Of a stretch of DNA of 64,000 bases, positions 26,391-40,222 are shown piece after piece. The notes under the pieces were generated by a model. That model worked only from the letters and a program-made list of their open reading frames with translations. It was not told where the DNA came from and ran no database searches. The position numbers and the translations under genes were made by a program. This stretch comes from Eledone cirrhosa (lineage: Eukaryota), in assembly GCA_964016885.1 (NCBI GenBank), contig OZ024741.1, positions 213,466,001 to 213,530,000 of the forward strand, read 5' to 3'. The number at the start of each line of letters is the position of its first letter. Within the stretch, counting starts at the first letter, position 1.

Positions 26391-26762
26391 TTGTTTCTAC
26401 TTTAGGCACAAGGCTAGCAATTACTGGTACTTTATTTTATCGACCCCGTAAGGATAAAAGGCAAAGTGAACCTCGGCGGAATTTGAATAATAATAATAAT
26501 AAGGATTTCTTTATTGGCCACAAGGGCTGACACAAAAAAAATAACATTACAGACAGCACAGGACGGTAGAGGACGGTACGATGTGTGTTTTGTGCGTGTA
26601 AAGATTTTTATTATTTATATAAGAAAAGGAAAAAAAGACATAGAAACATATATATATATATAAACAATAAAAATGAAAATTGAAACAATGAAAAATTCCC
26701 CAGTAGGGGGGAATCCTCCGGGGGTTACTCGTGGTGAAAACCACACAAAAGACCACGGCCAG

Positions 26763-29700
26763 TTATGACCACCAGGACAAGTGCCCTCTCTCAATTTTTC
26801 CATTCTCAAAATACAGACGTATAATCAGAGCGGTCCCGTTCACTCGGACCATTCTCGCTATATTCACCCACCTTCCAACAAACTTGCTAGAAGGCAGCAC
26901 TTCCCTCTCCACCATGATTTTCCTCTTGAAGTGAAACTTGAAAAAGTTAATTAGGGATTCGCCGAAGAGGAAAGTGTCTGTCTTTAACCCTTTGAACCTT
27001 GTCCACCACGCAATCTCTTTCGCCATGGCCACCAGGCAGACGAAAACCGCCTGCCCTTCCTCCTCGAAGGAAGACGGCGAGACCATCTGCACAGTGGACT
27101 CAGTCGATAACCGGACCAGTCCTACACGCGACAGCAACTGTTCGACATAGCCCCACAAGTCAGCAATGCTCAGGTACTGAACGAGTTCGTGCATGACGGT
27201 TTCATCGCTCTGCGCGCATCTCGGACAGGCTCGGCTGAAGGCACTTCTGTGCCTGTAGAGCTTATCTCGAACGGGCAACCCTCCCCGGTAGCACTGCCAG
27301 TCCAGGGATTTTTTGAAGTTATCCATAGGCCCTGGGCTGAAAGTTCTCCGGAAGAGAGCAAACAGCTGATCTTCTTCGACGCCCAGGATCTCTCCGAGAA
27401 CGTCGTCGCTCTTCCCTTCCACTAGTCCTATATAGAACGCCGAGGTGGATGTTTCACCGATACTGGTGCCCAGCTAGCAGAGGGCAGTGAGCGCCTAGAG
27501 ACATTCCAGTTTCCAAGCGCTATCCCTCGGTCTTTTTCCTGACCCAGGACTGCAGCTCCGTCAAGGAGACGAGCTGTGGGAAAACGTGCCTGGCGAACGG
27601 CGACCACACCTGTTCACCGTCAAAGATGCACCAGAGATGTCGCAGTCCCAGTGCATGTTTGCGCATCATCAGCCATGGCATGCCCAGTCCTCCTCGCAAC
27701 GGGTGTTGACAGCAGATGGATCGTCTGACGATGGGAGCGCGTCCCTACCACAAAAAGCGGAAGAGGAGACGCTCCATTTTGGTGAGAGTTGGGCCGGGAC
27801 AAGAGATGACGGTGAGGCGGTAGCAGATGACGGATGCGATGTACGCATTCTCCACCTCCCCCCGGCATTTCAAGGACAGCTTCCTCTCGGCCCATTTCTG
27901 GGTGAGGGAGGTCACCTTGCTCGTCACCTCGCTCCAGTTTTTCTCCATCTAGTAGTCCTGTCCGAACCAGACCCCGAGCAATTTAACCGGTCCATCCTTC
28001 CAACGGCCCACGACGCTGTCGGACGGCATGGACTTGCCTCTCCAGGTGCCGAGCTGCAATCCCACCGACTTTTCCTGGTTTATCTTTGCTCCTATCACCG
28101 CTTCGTATTCCTTGAGAACGGTGCCGAGCATCTGGACGTGTCTGGTGTTCGACACCACCACGGGGACGTCTCGGTTTTCTCGCATCCTTTTCGCGTGGGA
28201 CGCCCCTCATCGCTCCCAGTTTGTGCAGTAACGGCTCGAGAGCCAATACGTACAAGAGAGACGAGACGGGACAACCCTGGCGGACCGAGCGCATGATGCT
28301 GAACGGCTGCGACAGGTGACCGTTCACCCTCACAACTGAGCAGATGTCGCTGTACATCGCAGCATCCAACCCCTGAAAACGGGCCCGAAACCGGCTGCCT
28401 CGAGGACCGCCGCCAGCTACCGATGGTCGACCCTATCGAATGCTTTGGATTGATCCAAGTTGATCACGGCCCCACCCGTGCCAGGTTCCCTAACCACCCT
28501 CTCTATGATGTATCGCATGAGGTGGGGCTTGTCGTGTATGGATCTATCCGGAATGGCGCATGTCTGCGCCTCTCCCAGCAGACCCTTGACGACAAACGCC
28601 AACCTCGTTGCTAACACCTTGGCCAAAATCTTGAACTCTGCGTTTAGCAGGGTTATGGGCCTGAAGTTATCGATAATATCCCCCTTGTTCGGGTCTTTTC
28701 TCAGCAGCGCCACCGCTCCCCGGCTCACAAAACTGGGAATGCTCCCGTTCTGCTGCCAGTTGCAGTAGACGTCTGCCAAGAGGTCATCGAACAAGTCTGG
28801 CATAAATGCATAAAGCTCGTAGTGCAGACCATCCAAACCTGGCGATTTACCCCTCGTGCAGTTAGCCATCGCCTCCCGTATTTCACCGGCTATTATTGGC
28901 TTTTCGCAATACTGTGCTGCTGTCGCTGAGAGCCGAGGCATTCCGTCGAGGTATGCACTGAAGTCTATACCCCGATCCGTTCCGCCGCTGCTCCTGAACA
29001 GCTCAGCAAAGTGCAGCTGAAAAGCTTCACACATGTGCTCGGGTTCGAGCAACACGCGCCCGTTTTGGTCAGATAAAGACCGAATTGTGACTTTGTTGCC
29101 ACGTCGCGCCTCTGCCTCCCGGGCCCATTGGATGGCTTTTGTCCCCTCGTGTTTTAGAGCACGCGCTCTAGCTCTGACATCGCAGCCTTCGTGTTTTGCG
29201 TTGAAGAATTGGTCGAGTGTCAATCTCGCTGCAAGCACGTCGGTTGTGATGCCTGTCCTAAACGCCTCTTCTAGCTTTCTTACTAGCTCTCCCTCTACTC
29301 TATTTTCCTCTATCGCTATTCCTTTGCTAAACCTAATCGACTCTACTTTAAATGCCCTTTTCAGGGCGAACCACCACCTGTTGTTTACGACCGCTCCCGT
29401 CAAATCCCGCTTAACTAATACGCTAATCCGGTCTCTGTACGCTTTCCGCGCCGGAAAGACGCGTTCAGCTTCCAGTAACCGGGTCCTTGTCTATGAAGTC
29501 TGTCTATGTCGATCACACAGATCAAAAATTTGTGGTCTGTGTAGTCGACTATTTTAAATTGTGGACAACTTATACTAGCCTTATCTAGTTCTCTGCAGAA
29601 TACCCTATCGAGATACGATCTGGATGACCTGATGCGGTTTGTCCATGTCCACATTGGCACATTCGGGTGATCCAGTCGATACCTCTCCGACAGTTCAAAA

Positions 29701-30211
29701 CGTCTGAGCAGGTTGGTGAGGCTCTTGCACCCTCCTACCCTATCCACTAGCCCCACACAATCCCAGCGTGCATCCAAGATACCGTTCCAGTCGCCCACTA
29801 ACACTTAAGAGCGGGACGTTCCAAGAAAGGTCTCTAGACGTCTGAAGTAATCTGGCCGTCCTTCCCCAGTTGGGGCGTAGACGGCTACTAGCCTGAAAGC
29901 ATTGCCTTCGCTGCTGATCACGTCCAGCACCACCGACTTACCTTCTGGGTCCAGGAAGATGGCCCGTATGGCGAGATCCAAGCCTCTCCGAAAAAGGACG
30001 GCAAACCTCCCCCCGATCCTGGACGGCTGGGAGATGCGTATACATCGTAGCCGCCGAAGATCGGTGCGAAGGCTCGTGCTTCGGATATTCTGGTCTCGCT
30101 GATGGCCACCACATCTATGTTTAGTGACCTGAGGTCGTTGAGCAGGTGACCCTGCTTCCAAGATGACGTCAGGCCACGTGCATTTATACTGCCTATTCTA
30201 AGTACGGCCAT
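26763..30211 (-). pseudogene. Tx1/L1 ORF2: APE endonuclease + reverse transcriptase + C-terminal Cys motif (frameshifted)
   Basis: SINARGL, ISETR, VYAP, GDWN, YLDRVF, TDH, YWKLN, KSPGLDG, NFRPITLLN..KILAK, LDQSKAFDRVDH, VRQGCP, CPRC..E...H. Confidence 0.92.
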
Positions 30212-30329
30212 GTTGGATGAGAAACGGGGCAAGTTGAGAAAGGGTCGCTTACCTTGATTGTGTGATGAAGGGACAGTAGAACCGGCCCTTTGACTGGTCA
30301 TGGGGCTTTCCAAGAAGATGTCAGTGTAT

Positions 30330-32256
30330 ATCCTCTTGGTAACTGACACTCTGAATTCTCCAACTGCGTTGGGGAATTTTTGTTTTAAAAGTTTGTACTG
30401 TTCTTTTTTTATATCAATGATGCTTATGTTTGTCGGGAGAGTTCTTGGTGTTGGTGGGATGTAGTAGTTTTTTTTCTGTGATGTCTGTGTGCTGCTTTAT
30501 ATATTGTAGGAGTTCTTTATTTGTCATGTTTATGGCTGTGTACTTTTTTTTTGGGGGGGGGGGGCTGTTTTCTTCTTGTTGCTGTTTGGTGTGTGTGTTT
30601 TGTTTTGTTTGCGTTGTTGGTGCTTTTGGTGATGCTGGTGGTGGTGTGGTTGCTGTTGGCGGTGGTGCTTGTGGTGGTGATGATGATGGTCGTGGTGTTG
30701 CTGCAAGTCTCCTTGCAGCCTTTACTCCTCTTTGTGTGCTTTCGCTTTTGGAGGGTGAATCTAAGGGGTTTTCTGTTTTTTGTTTTTTGTGGCAGACCGT
30801 TTGCCACTTCACTCCCGCCTCAGACTCCATGTCGGATACCATGGCAGCTGGGAGGTGTATGTGCTCCACGGCCGTTGCTGGTGTAGTGGAGCCCTCTCCG
30901 GCGATTTTGTTGCTGGTGCAGCTTCTGCAAATGTAGCTACTGGTGTTGCCGCCACTGATGCTGCTACTTTAGATGTCCGTGGTCTTGATACGGGTGCCAC
31001 GGACGTTGCCCTCCTACTCACCGTGGAAGGGCTTCTGCGTTTGTTGCCTGCCCTGCTCTTGGTAGCAGCGGACCAGGTATTGGAAGGAGAGGGGCCGTCT
31101 TCTTTGCTGTCTTCTGCGGGCAAAAGGCCCTGAGGTGACCCTTTGACCCACAGAGATAACATTTTGGCCGCCTTCCTTCTACGCTTATAGGGAGTTGGAG
31201 TCCTTCCTCGATGTCTATGATATCGGGGATAGTGTCGATACATTCCTAGTCAGTTTGTATAAGCATTTGCATGCCTATACCTGACCAGTTCTCTCTCCCT
31301 ATTGTTTCTACTTGCAGCAGGTCGTCCTGTCCTCGATTCCAGCAAGGACAGACGCGGCCAGCCAAAGTATGGGCACGTCGGGTGGGACCTGTGTCACTTT
31401 GACCCTCACAATTTTCTGCGCGCAGTAGGAGGACACCAAGACTATCTTCTCACTATTTAGGGTTTCCAAAGAGTAAGATTTCGCTTCTTGGGGTGGTGGC
31501 GAAAAGTACGTCTACTGTGGCGTACTTTCTGCCTCGGGTGATGTGGATTTTGAGTGCCCAGACGCACCCCAAGGCCTTTGGGATTTGAACCTCCGTGGCT
31601 CTCTCCACCCGATGTGACATTTTGCTTACGGTGCGGTAAGTCACCGTCCGTAGCTGCTGGTCCTTGAAAAAATCGGGTGGAGGTTTCAGGGAGATTCTAT
31701 TGGCGCTTCTTGTCACCATGGCCCTTGCGACTGCCATCTCCTCCTCTGTGACTAACACTGTTTCGATATTTCGGACGACACCTGCAAAAGAAGTGGTCCC
31801 TTTTTCAGCAGCACCACTATTGCTGCCGCTACTGGTCTTGTTGTTGTTGCTGTTGCTACTGCTACAAACGGTGTTGTTGGTGTTGTTGCTGTTATCACTG
31901 TTGTAGTTGGTTGTCTTTTTGGTGCCATCGTTGTTGTTGGTTTTTTGTTGCAATTTGTATTGTTGCCGTTGGTGTTGTCGTTGTTTAATTTCTTGATAGT
32001 GGTGTTAATATCGTTGTTGCATTTGTTGTCATTTTTTTCTGTTGTCATTTTTTTCTGTTGTCTGTATTTTGGTTGTCGCTGTTATTGTTGTAGTTGGTGT
32101 GGTAATGTTTTCAAAATTAGTGTTCTCAGTGTTGTTGTCTTTGTTCACGTTGTTTGTGGTGGTGTCTGTTGTATGAATTTCACTAACACTCCTCTCAACT
32201 TTTACGCCGTTGACACACGACAGCGGACATATTGCTGGGAGGCGTGGCTCAGCCAT
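30330..32256 (-). pseudogene. Tx1/L1 ORF1 (gag-like, CCHC zinc knuckle), fragmented
   Basis: Minus frame around 31120-31185 reads VEGRRPK-CYLCGSKGHLRAFC (CX2CX4HX4C); low-complexity N/T-rich N-terminus; boundaries approximate. Confidence 0.7.
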
Positions 32257-32448
32257 GTTTTTTTTTTAAATAATATTTTTTAAAAGTAAAATGTTTAAAT
32301 ATAAAAGGCCCAAATATTATACTTTCCCCTTCACAGGGCAAAGTCTAAGGGCTTATATCCCTTACACAAGAAATATTTAACAACAAATAATTTTAACAGG
32401 CAAATAAAGCGACTTACTGGGAGCGAGCAAAAGACGTCCGATTAAACC

Positions 32449-33440
32449 AATAATAATAATTGTTTCTACTTTAGGCACAAGGCCAGCAATTACCCAGTGC
32501 ATTACTGGTACTTTATTTTATCGACCTCGTAAGGATGAAAGGCAAAGTCAACCTCGGCGGGATTTGAACTCAGATCGTAAAGGGACGTAACTATGCTGGA
32601 AAGCATGGCGTCCGACCCTCCACCGATACTGCCAATCCACCACCAGTATTAATTGTTTCTATTTTAGGCACAAGGCCAGCAATTACCCAGTGCATTACTG
32701 GTACTTTATTTTATCGACCCCGTAAGGATGAAAGGCAAAGTCAACCTCGGCGGGATTTGAACTCAGATCGTAAAGGGACGTAACTATGCTGGAAAGCATG
32801 GCGTCCGACCCTCCACCGATACTGCCAATCCACCACCAGTATTAATTGTTTCTATTTTAGGCACAAGGCCAGCAATTACCCAGTGCATTACTGGTACTTT
32901 ATTTTATCGACCCCGTAATGATGAAAGGCAAAGTTAACCCCGGCGGGATTTGAACTCAGTCCGTAAAGGGACGTAACTGTTCTGCAAAGCATGGCGTCCG
33001 ATCCTCTACCGATACTGCCACTGATTTAGGCACAACGCCACCAATTTTTTTATTGGGGGGAGGGGGAGAATTTGATAAATCCCACCCATCCCCACCCCCA
33101 CCGCCAGTATATTACTGGTACTTTATTTTGTTGACTCCTTAAGGAAGAAAGGCAAAGCTAATCTTTGCGGAATTTTAACTCAGGAGGTAAAAGGCTGTAA
33201 CTCTATGCCGCAAGGCATGTTGTTTCACGCTCTACTGATCACTGCCAATCCACCCAACTATATAATGGTTTCTGATTTAGGCACAATGCCAACAATTTGT
33301 GGGGTAAGGGAGAGTCAATTAAATTGACCCCAGTACATTACTGGTACTTTATTTTATCTACCCTGTAAGGATGAAAGGCAAAGCTAACCTAGGTGGAATT
33401 TGAACTCAGAACGTAAAGGGACATATCTCCATGCTGAAAA
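32449..33440 (-). mobile_element. Array of ~5 SINE copies, including a near-exact ~193-bp tandem duplication
   Basis: Same SINE as at 15.6-17.4 kb; 32461-32653 is nearly identical to 32654-32846. Confidence 0.88.
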
Positions 33441-33764
33441 TACAGAAAAGATCAATAAATAATAGGCAAATGGAAGTAAACATGTGTGGCAAGGGTAAGC
33501 ACCAGGAGATATCTATTTGAGGGAATAGTGTATGTTGCTGTTTGTTATTTGTATGACCTCCCTTACGAAGGCTCAAGCAGGGTTCATCTTAAGTAAGTGA
33601 GGAAAAGCTGAGCCATTTGCTCTTTATGGACGATTTGAAGGTCTTCATAAGGAGTGAGTGAGATAACTGGTTTGGTTTCAACAGTAGAGATATCGGAATG
33701 GAGTTTGGAATAAGTGCAAGTATTTTCAAAGCCATAATATAATTTCGTTAGTTAAAATGACAAG

Positions 33765-34110
33765 TTAGTCAATCATATTGGTGGCTTCCCCACAGCCCCA
33801 GTGGACAGAATGGAGAAGGGGTTTCGCCGGAGGACGGCAAGGGAGACGCACTGAAAAAGCAATTCCAGCACGTGAGGCTCACACCTGCAGCTGGCCAGTT
33901 CAGCGCCTCTGGTGGTGAGTAGGGAGGTAGCCCTACGGCCGAGGACACCAGAAGTCTCCACTGCCAAGGGTACAACCTCAAACCTGTCGGAGAGCGACCG
34001 GTATTTGAAGAGTTTGGCCTCCTCAGCCCGACGTGCAGCAGAACCTGGGTTAGTCGCAGACGGCACAAGGTTGCGGCTGGCAAAAGTGTCGGGGCAAGTG
34101 GCATCCCATT
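33765..34110 (-). mobile_element. CRE-like non-LTR retrotransposon 3' fragment (REL endonuclease)
   Basis: WDATCPDTF..AARRAEEAK..KY..F..VPLAVETSG..G..LFQ.VSLAV.R.N. Confidence 0.7.
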
Positions 34111-34354
34111 GACATTAAGATGTGTGATGTATTAATCATACAGAGGAGCAACATTGCTACATCTGAAGGAGTGGAGTTGCCGAACAGAGATAGAATCAAA
34201 AACATTGATGAATCAGGATATAGGCATCTGGCTGTACTAAAATATGATCAGATTTAGGGAAAATATATAAAGGAAGTATTTTGAAAGAAATACAAAAAAA
34301 AAAAAAAAGAGGGGCATCATGTGTACTTAAGTCATAACTTAATGGCCGGTTTAA

Positions 34355-35330
34355 GATAATTGTATCTACTTTTGGCATAAAGCCAGCAATTACCCCAGTG
34401 CATTACTGGTGCAGTATTTTATTGAACCCGTAGGGATGAAAGGCAAAGTTAACCTCGGCGGGATCTGAACTCAGAGCGTAAGGGGCCAAAACTCTATGCT
34501 GCAAAGTATGGTGTCTAACTCACTAACGATACTGCCAATCCGCCGCCCTAACAGTACGATATTTGGCAGTATCGGTAGAGGGTCGGACGCCATGTTTTCC
34601 AGCATAGTTACGTCCCTTTACGATCTGAGTTCAAATCCCGCCGAGGTTGACTTTGCCTTTCATCCTTACGGGGTCGATAAAATAAAGTACCAGTAATGCA
34701 CTGGTTAATTGCTGGCCTTGTGCCTAAAGTAGAAACAATTATAATAACAATAAGGAGATTTGACATAGCTATGAGAGAAAAAAGTGAAAAGAGAGGATAT
34801 GTCGAATTATTGATGTTGTCATTTCATAGATGCGTGCATCATCCCCCCCCCGCCCCCCCCCAAAAAAAGAATTTTGATGAATGCCAGGACATTAGAAATG
34901 AAGTCCAAAGAATATGGAATATGGGAAAAGTTGAGGTTATACAAATAATGTTTTCTTATATAGGCACAAGGCCAGCAATTTTTTTTTTTTTTGGGGGGGG
35001 GGGGGACCTCGCAAGGATAAAAGGCGAAGTTAACCTCGGCGGGATTTGAACGCAGGTCATAAAGGGCCATAACTCAATGCTGCAAAGCACGGCGTCTGAC
35101 CCTCTTCCAATATTGCTAATTCACCGCCCTTGCGGTCATACAAATAATTGTTTCTACTTTTGGCACAAGGCCAGCAATTACCTCAGGGCATTACTGGTAC
35201 TTTATTTTATCGACCCCGTAAGGATGAAAGGCAAAGTTACCCTCAGCGGGGTTTTGAACTAAGAAAGCAAAGGGCTATAACTCTATGCTGCAAAGCATTG
35301 CATCCGATACTGCAAATCCACCGCCCTAGG
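34355..35330. mobile_element. Four SINE copies, including a head-to-head pair (34355-34548 minus, 34562-34742 plus)
   Basis: A/B boxes and core as above. Confidence 0.8.
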
Positions 35331-35516
35331 TCATACAACTAATGATAGATACTTTAGGTTTTGTAACCAAGAACTTAGAAAAATGGATAGAAAATCTTGA
35401 GATATAGGCAAAGTTAGTATTCATCCAGAAAAAGACTATCCTAGAAACAGCTCGGATTTTGAGAAGGGTGATGAGGGCATAAACTCTGGGAGAAAATAAT
35501 CAAGAGTTCATAGGTA

Positions 35517-36065
35517 TTGTTATGCCCCATAGGTCATTAGTTATGCCCCATAGGTCATTAATTATGCCCCATCGGTCATTAGTTATGCCCCATAGGTACT
35601 GTTATACCCCATAAGTCATTAGTTATGCCCCATAAGTCATTAGTTATGCCCCATATGTCATTAGTTATGCCCCATAGGTACTGTTATGCCCCATAAGTCA
35701 TTAGTTATGCCCCATAAGTCATTAGTTATGCCCCATAGGTCATTAGTTATGCCCCATAGGTCAATAGTTATGCCCCATAGGTACTGTTATGCCCCATAGG
35801 TACTGTTATGCCCCATAAGTCATTAGTTATGCCCCATAAGTCATTAGTTATGCCCCATAAGTCATTAGTTATGCCCCATAGGTCATTAATTATGACCCAT
35901 AGGTCAATAGTTATGCCCCATAGGTACTGTTATGCCCCATAAGTCACTAGTTATGCCCCATAGGTCATGAGTTATGCCGCATAGGTGGTTAATTATGCCC
36001 CATAGGCCATTAATTATGCCCCATATGTAATGTTATGCCCCATAGGCCATTATTTATGCCCCATC
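35517..36065. repeat. 19/21-bp minisatellite (ggtcattagttatgccccata)n
   Basis: Direct tandem repeats. Confidence 0.95.
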
Positions 36066-36452
36066 TTTGGGGTTCATACTGCGGCAGAGGTTCAGCCTGC
36101 AAAAGGATAAATAACAATAATAGTGTCTCATTTAGGGCACAAGGCCAGTAATTTAGTGGGAGGGGAAAGTCGATTAGTTCGACCCCAGTGCATTACTAGG
36201 ACTTTATTTTATCGAGACCCCCGTAAGGATGAAAGGCAAAGCTAACCTGGGCGGGATTTGAACTCAGAACGTAAAGGGACATGACTCTAGGCTGCAAAGC
36301 ATGGTGTTTGACGCCCAACTGATACTGCCAATACAATAATGATATTAATAATAAAGATAGAAAGGAAAAACATGAGAGAAAAGGTAAAAAATCAAAAAGT
36401 AGATCTTTGTGTTGATGTTTAATGTAGTTTTAAACAAAGCCATCCATCCATT

Positions 36453-37003
36453 GATCACCACCACCATCACCATCACCATCACCATCACCATCGTCGTCGT
36501 TGTCGTTGGCGTCGTCATCATCATCATCATCATCATCATCGCCATCATCATCATCATCACCAACATCACCATCACCACCACCATCGCCATCACCATCACC
36601 ATCATCATCACCATCACCATCGTCGTCGTTGTCGTTGTCGTCGTCATCATCATCATCATCAACATCACCATCACTATCATCATCATCAACATCACCACCA
36701 CCACCACCATCGCCATCGCCAGCATAATCATCATCATCATCATCATCATCATCAGCCTCATCAACATCACCATCACCACCGCCATTGCCATCATCACCAT
36801 CGTCATCATCATCATCAACATCACCACCACCACCACCATCGCCATCACCAGCATAATCATCATCATCATCATCATCCTCATCAACATCACCATCACCACC
36901 GCCATCGCCATCATCACTATCGTCATCATCATCATCATGTGCATTTCTCACTCATAGTCGTGAGAAATGCACATGAGTTCTGCTTGTTTGCTCCTGCCTG
37001 TTG

Positions 37004-37089
<86 letters not shown>

Positions 37090-37093
37090 AATA

Positions 37094-37126
<33 letters not shown>

Positions 37127-37137
37127 TTGATACTATA

Positions 37138-37200
<63 letters not shown>

Positions 37201-39470
37201 GCCTGTTGTTACTCCTGCTGCTATTACTACTACTGCTACTACTGCTACTATTACTACTATCACCAATACGACTGTTGCCTCTAAAACAACAACTATTACT
37301 ACTACCAACCATACTACGACTTCTATAACTACTGCCCCTACAACTACTACTACTACCACAACCAAAACTACTACCACCACAGCCATCATTACTAATACAA
37401 CTACCACTACAATCACCACCACTAATGCCACCACTACAAATAACACTTCTACCACCCCAACCACTACCACCACCACCACCATCCTCAATACAACCATTAC
37501 AACCACCACACTACTAAAACAACTACTACCACAGCCACCAACAACACCTATACCCCTACCACCACAAACATCAATCACAAGCACCACAACCACCACAGCC
37601 TCCATCACCACAGCCTCCACTACAACCACCACCACAGCCTCCACTACAACCACCATCACAGCCTCCACCAAAACCACAACCACAGCCTCCACCACAACCA
37701 CCACCACAGCCTCCACCACAACCACCATCACAGCCTCCACCACAACCACCACCATCACAGCCTCCACTACCACCACCATCACAACCTCCACCACAACCAC
37801 CACCACAACCTCTACCACAACCACCATCACAGCCACCACCACCACCACCATCACAGCCTCCACCACCACCATCATCACAGCTTCCACCACAACCACCATC
37901 ACAGCCTCCACCACCACCACCATCACAGCCACCACCACCACCACCATCACAGCCTCCACCACCACCATCATCACAGCTTCCACCACAACCACCATCACAG
38001 CCTCCACTACCACCACCATCAAAGCCTCCACTACCAGCACCACCACAGCCTCCACCACCACCACCACAGCCTCCACCACAACCACCACCCATCACAGACT
38101 CCATCACCAACACCATCACAGCCTCTACCACAACCACCATCACAGCCTCCACCACAACCACCATCCCAGCCTCCAACACAACCACCACCCATCACAGACT
38201 CCATCACCACCACCACCACAGCCTCCACCACAACCACCATCACAACCTCCACCACAACCAACACCACCACATCCTCCACTACCGCCACCAACACAGCCTC
38301 CACCACAACCACCATCCCAGCCTCCAACACAACCACCACCACAGCCTCCACCACAACCAACACCACCACATCCTCCACCACAACCACCATCACAGCCTCC
38401 ACTACAACCACCATCACAGCCTCCACCACAACCACCATCACAGCCTCCACTACCACCACCATCACAACCTCCACCACACCCACCACCACAACCTCTACCA
38501 CAACCACCATCACAGCCTCCACCACCATCACAGCCTCCACCACCACCATCATCACAGCCTCCACCACAACCACCATCACAGCCTCCACCACCACCATCAC
38601 ATCCTCCAACACAACCACCACCACAGCCTCCACCACAACCACCATCACAGCCTCCACCACAACCACCATCACAGCCTCCACTACCACCACCATCAAAGCC
38701 TCCACTACCAGCACAACCACAGCCTCCACCACCACCATCACAGCCTCCACCACAACCACCACCATCACAGACTCCATCACCACCACCATCACAGCCTCTA
38801 CCACAACCACCATCACAGCCTCCACCACCACCACCATCACAGCCTCCACCACCACCAAAATCACATCCTCCACTACCACCACCATCACAGTCTCCACCAC
38901 AACCACCATCCCAGCCTCCACCACAACCACCACCACAGCCTCCACCACAACCACCATCACAACCACCACCACCACATCCTCCACAACCGCCACCATCACA
39001 ACCTCCACCACTACCACCACCATCACAGCCTCCACCACAAACACCACCAGCACTGCTTTCACCACAACCACCACCACAGACTCCACCACAACCACCAACG
39101 TCACAGCCTCCACCACCACCACCACACCTACCACCAACGCCACCACCACCACCATCACCACCACCGCCACCACCGCCACCACCACCACCACCACCGCCAC
39201 CACCGCCACCACCACCACCGCCGCCACCACCAACACCACCATCACCACCACCACCACCACCACACCTACCGCCACCGCCACCACCGCCACCGCCACCACC
39301 ACCGCCGCCGCCACCACCACCACCACCACCACCACACCTACCACCACACCTACCGCCACCGCCACCACCACCACCACCACCACCACCACCACCACCACAC
39401 CTACCGCCACCGCCACCACCGCCACCACCACATCCACCACCACCACCACCACCACACCTACCTTACCTGC
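36453..39470. repeat. Compound CAT/CAC/TAC triplet repeats and a 21-bp unit (accaccatcacagcctccacc)
   Basis: Direct inspection; source of the poly-V, poly-I and poly-T ORFs. Confidence 0.92.
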
Positions 39471-39742
39471 TGTAGTGAGAAACAAGGTATGGTTTAGTTA
39501 GGTTAGCTTTGTACGTTTTGCATTTTAGTGAGGTCAGGCTTCAAAACAATACCAAGTCGGTTCGGTAGTTTCCAGATCGATAGATCGATCGTACATCAGC
39601 TCTAGTAGCTTTTTACTTTCTTTAACCGTGACTGCTTCAGTGGAAAGGAAGGCGGGGAGGATGCTGGGGGGGAGTAGATGTTAGCAGGGGCGGAGACGAC
39701 ATATGCAGGTTACCGTTGTCTCTGAATGTCTTCAGTGATACT

Positions 39743-39778
<36 letters not shown>

Positions 39779-39844
39779 GTGTATATATATATATATACAT
39801 ACACACTAATATACACGCACACACATACATATATACATATATAC

Positions 39845-39875
<31 letters not shown>

Positions 39876-40176
39876 AATATATACATACACACTAATATAC
39901 ACACACACATACATATATACACACATATATATATATACATACACACACATATACACACACACATACACACTCATACATATATACACACATATATATATAT
40001 ATATATTTATACATACACACACATTTTACACATACACATACACACACATACATATCATAGACACATCTTTACTCACACATATACAAATGCTCACACATGC
40101 ACACATACATAGGCGCACAAGCTCATGCGCATACTTATAACCACACACTCTTCCCTTCATATACATATATGCTCAC

Positions 40177-40222
<46 letters not shown>

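Larger units (their letters stand above)
26501..32448 (-). mobile_element. Near full-length L1/Tx1-clade LINE (degraded)
   Basis: ORF1 + APE-RT ORF2; 3' end gccaataaagaaatcc(tta)n; aataataataat on both flanks. Confidence 0.88.
33440..35485 (+). mobile_element. Old fragmented R4/Dong LINE interrupted by SINEs and a CRE-like fragment
   Basis: RT remnants HLLFMDDLKVF (~33614), DIGMEFG (~33688); C-terminal IQKKTILETARILRRV (~35420-35470). Confidence 0.6.

Noticed and set aside
27586-28296. 236-aa plus-strand ORF
   Set aside because: Antisense shadow of the GC-rich Tx1 ORF2
36345-39485. Mucin-like, poly-Val and Gly-Cys-Asp ORFs
   Set aside because: Triplet-derived repeats open in several frames on both strands; no signal peptide or unique domain
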